From: a virus
Taxonomy: Duplodnaviria > Caudoviricetes
Virus record (IMG/VR): IMGVR_UViG_3300007734_000656
Coordinates: 1-37,831 of that record
Strand: one strand, 5' to 3'
DNA length: 37,831 nt
Shown: positions 35,773-37,831 of the stretch, one piece after another
How the letters are laid out: the number at the start of each line of letters is the position of its first letter
How positions within the stretch are numbered: the stretch's first letter is position 1
Notes under the pieces: generated by a model
What the model was told of the DNA's origin: nothing
Seen by the model: the letters and a program-made list of their open reading frames with translations, nothing else
Database searches by the model: none
Position numbers and translations under genes: made by a program

Positions 35773-37803
35773 TTAGGGAATTTGACGGAGGTTACCTTGT
35801 TGGTCCCTATAATAAACGCCCGAAAGGTTTACGCCACTGTTTTTAAGCTCAGCCAAGTAAGGTGTTTTGTCAAAGGAAAAAGGATCATTAGCACTGCCCG
35901 TGGGAACACGTTCAATAACCTTTGCATCGCGACCTTCTATCATAGCACGATCGCGCTCTAAAGAATTACGTACTTCACGAACCAAAGTTGAGTAACGGGT
36001 CATGCCTGCTTTAGGATCAGCAAAAAACGCATCGGGATCTTCAATCATTTCATCGATAGTCTTAAGTTCACCCTGCGGGAACCGTGGGTTTTTAGCAAAA
36101 GCTAACTGAGCCGTTTGGCGCATGATACGCAACTGCTGCTTACCCGCTTCCGTTTTAAGATAAGTAACATAAGGTTCAATAGCCTTTGGCGTAATAGGCC
36201 CGATGTAGTTAGTAGTAAGGCTCTTAACTTTACTAAGCGGTCCAAGTGACTCTGGCATTGCTTTCAAAACATCATCTGCGCTGGCTAGAAATTTCTCCCC
36301 ACCTTGTATAGAATCGCGCAAATCTTGTTTATCTTGTGCAGAAAGTTGCGAGTAGCTAAGCGAACTTTTAAAAGGCTCAGGCTTAATGAAATACCGTTCA
36401 GGGCCTTCGCCTGTGATAGCGCCAACCGGAGCTTTTTCACCTTTTTTCTGATCTTCACCTTTTTGAGGTTTAACTTCTCCGCCAAGCAAAGCAGGATCTT
36501 TACTAGGAACAGGTGGCTCAAATTGAACGTTTCGTTTAGCAGAAGAAACAGTGAACGGCTTACCTGCGTAAGGACCAAAGCTAGGCGTAGTTGTAACTTC
36601 GCCATCTTTAGTGTCGGACTTAAGCACGTCAGAAAGGCTTGCTTTTATGCCTTTACCGCTATCAAAATCAAACCGAACACCGTTATCTAAATAGTAATTT
36701 TGTTGTGTCATTGGGTCGGTAAAGCCAATAACTTCTTTGATACCAAATGGTGAGTTAGGATCTTGAATAACGTAAGACGAGCTTGTGCCGCTACCTGCCG
36801 TACCCGATTTATCCATAATCCTAAACGGTCTATCGATAACTGTGTTGGTTGTTGCATCATAAAACTTGCTGCCTTTCTGGATAGCAGCTTGCGGCTTGCT
36901 GAAAGTACCATCCGCATTTTGGATGCTAACATTAACAGCTTCCCTACTTTCGCCTTGTTTCAAAAGATTAGACATAAACGCATCGCCAATCGGAGCAGCA
37001 TTAGCAGGAATAGGCTCATTCGTTCCAACTTGTCTCCACCCATTACGAGTGGGTATTGCGTTAACGATCTTAAACCCTCCCGGAGAGTCAGGACTTGGAA
37101 CAGCAAAAGATTCAGGTTTAGTCAGCGCAAGTTTAGCATCTGTTTCAGATTGAAGTTCAGCGCCTTTTTGAATAGCATCAAATCTACGTTTAGCGTCTTC
37201 TCTTGCTGCTTCCACGGCAGAATTATAAGCAGATTGTTTAGCCTTTTCAGATTCGGTAAATGCGTATTTAGCGGCTTCAGTTTCAGCACCACGACGTAAA
37301 ACACGCTCTTTATCAAGAGCATCCAATGCACTAGCCCCTGCAGAACGTTCCAATGCACGGCGCTCAGATTCTGCTTTGCTCATAACGCCTGCGTATTCAG
37401 GCATTCCAGCGGCAATACCTTGGCCTAGCCCCCCACGGGTAGAAGCTATTTTGCTGCCCAACTGCATGAGTGCATAGTTGCGTGCAGATTCACTATCTAC
37501 GTTAGGCCCTAAAATGCGCATACGTTCGGCAAGCAAATCTTCATACGTACGTTCTGGCCCAAGCGATTTACCAACAACTTCGCTATAATTTTTGAAAAGC
37601 GTATTGAAATCGCTAGCAGGTGCTTCGGGTATTTGTACGGGAGGTCGGTTAAAATAGTCTTTCAACAACTTCCTGTAATCAACTTCTTCACCATCAGCAA
37701 ATCTAGGACGGTCATCCATGAAATAGGCAGTGATCCCTGTTCCATGGGCAGGTGTCCGTGGAGCACGGTTTCTAAATAGCTCGCGGTTTAACACTTTGCT
37801 CAT
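35773..37803 (-). CDS. Putative internal virion (ejection) protein
   Basis: 676 aa; VLNRELF / GI / RFADG N-terminus, coiled-coil then beta-rich repeats; TAATG coupling to an upstream gene at the window edge. Confidence 0.6.
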   Translation of the reverse strand: MSKVLNRELFRNRAPRTPAHGTGITAYFMDDRPRFADGEEVDYRKLLKDYFNRPPVQIPEAPASDFNTLFKNYSEVVGKSLGPERTYEDLLAERMRILGPNVDSESARNYALMQLGSKIASTRGGLGQGIAAGMPEYAGVMSKAESERRALERSAGASALDALDKERVLRRGAETEAAKYAFTESEKAKQSAYNSAVEAAREDAKRRFDAIQKGAELQSETDAKLALTKPESFAVPSPDSPGGFKIVNAIPTRNGWRQVGTNEPIPANAAPIGDAFMSNLLKQGESREAVNVSIQNADGTFSKPQAAIQKGSKFYDATTNTVIDRPFRIMDKSGTAGSGTSSSYVIQDPNSPFGIKEVIGFTDPMTQQNYYLDNGVRFDFDSGKGIKASLSDVLKSDTKDGEVTTTPSFGPYAGKPFTVSSAKRNVQFEPPVPSKDPALLGGEVKPQKGEDQKKGEKAPVGAITGEGPERYFIKPEPFKSSLSYSQLSAQDKQDLRDSIQGGEKFLASADDVLKAMPESLGPLSKVKSLTTNYIGPITPKAIEPYVTYLKTEAGKQQLRIMRQTAQLAFAKNPRFPQGELKTIDEMIEDPDAFFADPKAGMTRYSTLVREVRNSLERDRAMIEGRDAKVIERVPTGSANDPFSFDKTPYLAELKNSGVNLSGVYYRDQQGNLRQIP

Positions 37804-37831
37804 TATTTATAGCCTGTGTATCCAGTAGTTG

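Noticed and set aside
1-37831. tRNA, rRNA, introns or inteins
   Set aside because: None recognised by eye; PolA, TerL and helicases have uninterrupted, ordinary lengths. A covariance-model scan was not run

Overview
The window is a large part of a tailed dsDNA phage genome with a podovirus-like gene order and no phage RNA polymerase or integrase in view. Almost everything is on the minus strand. From left to right it holds: a holin-like gene and small membrane proteins; an M15-peptidase-containing virion protein; portal; TerL; a stand-alone transcription unit; a PD-(D/E)XK nuclease; TerS; ~7 kb of small early genes driven by repeated sigma70-like promoters; a DNA-metabolism block (DenV-like glycosylase, HD hydrolase, PolA); a nucleotide-modification cluster; DUF932; UvrD-like helicase, primase and SSB-like genes; a divergent SNF2 helicase; GH108 lysozyme; and two large putative internal virion proteins. 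Major capsid and tail genes are not recognisable here and probably lie beyond the window edges. The most notable element is a tightly coupled operon at ~17.0-23.6 kb encoding an aGPT-Pplase1 domain protein, a radical SAM/SPASM enzyme, a GT-B glycosyltransferase, a dUMP hydroxymethylase-like thymidylate synthase homologue, an Nmad1/MazG-like protein, PolA and an HD hydrolase. I see no P-loop 5-hmdU DNA kinase, amino acid:DNA transferase or PLP enzyme of the known thymidine hypermodification routes. This suggests an uncharacterised sugar-based (base J-like) thymidine hypermodification. All product calls come from motif recognition by eye; no database searches were run.
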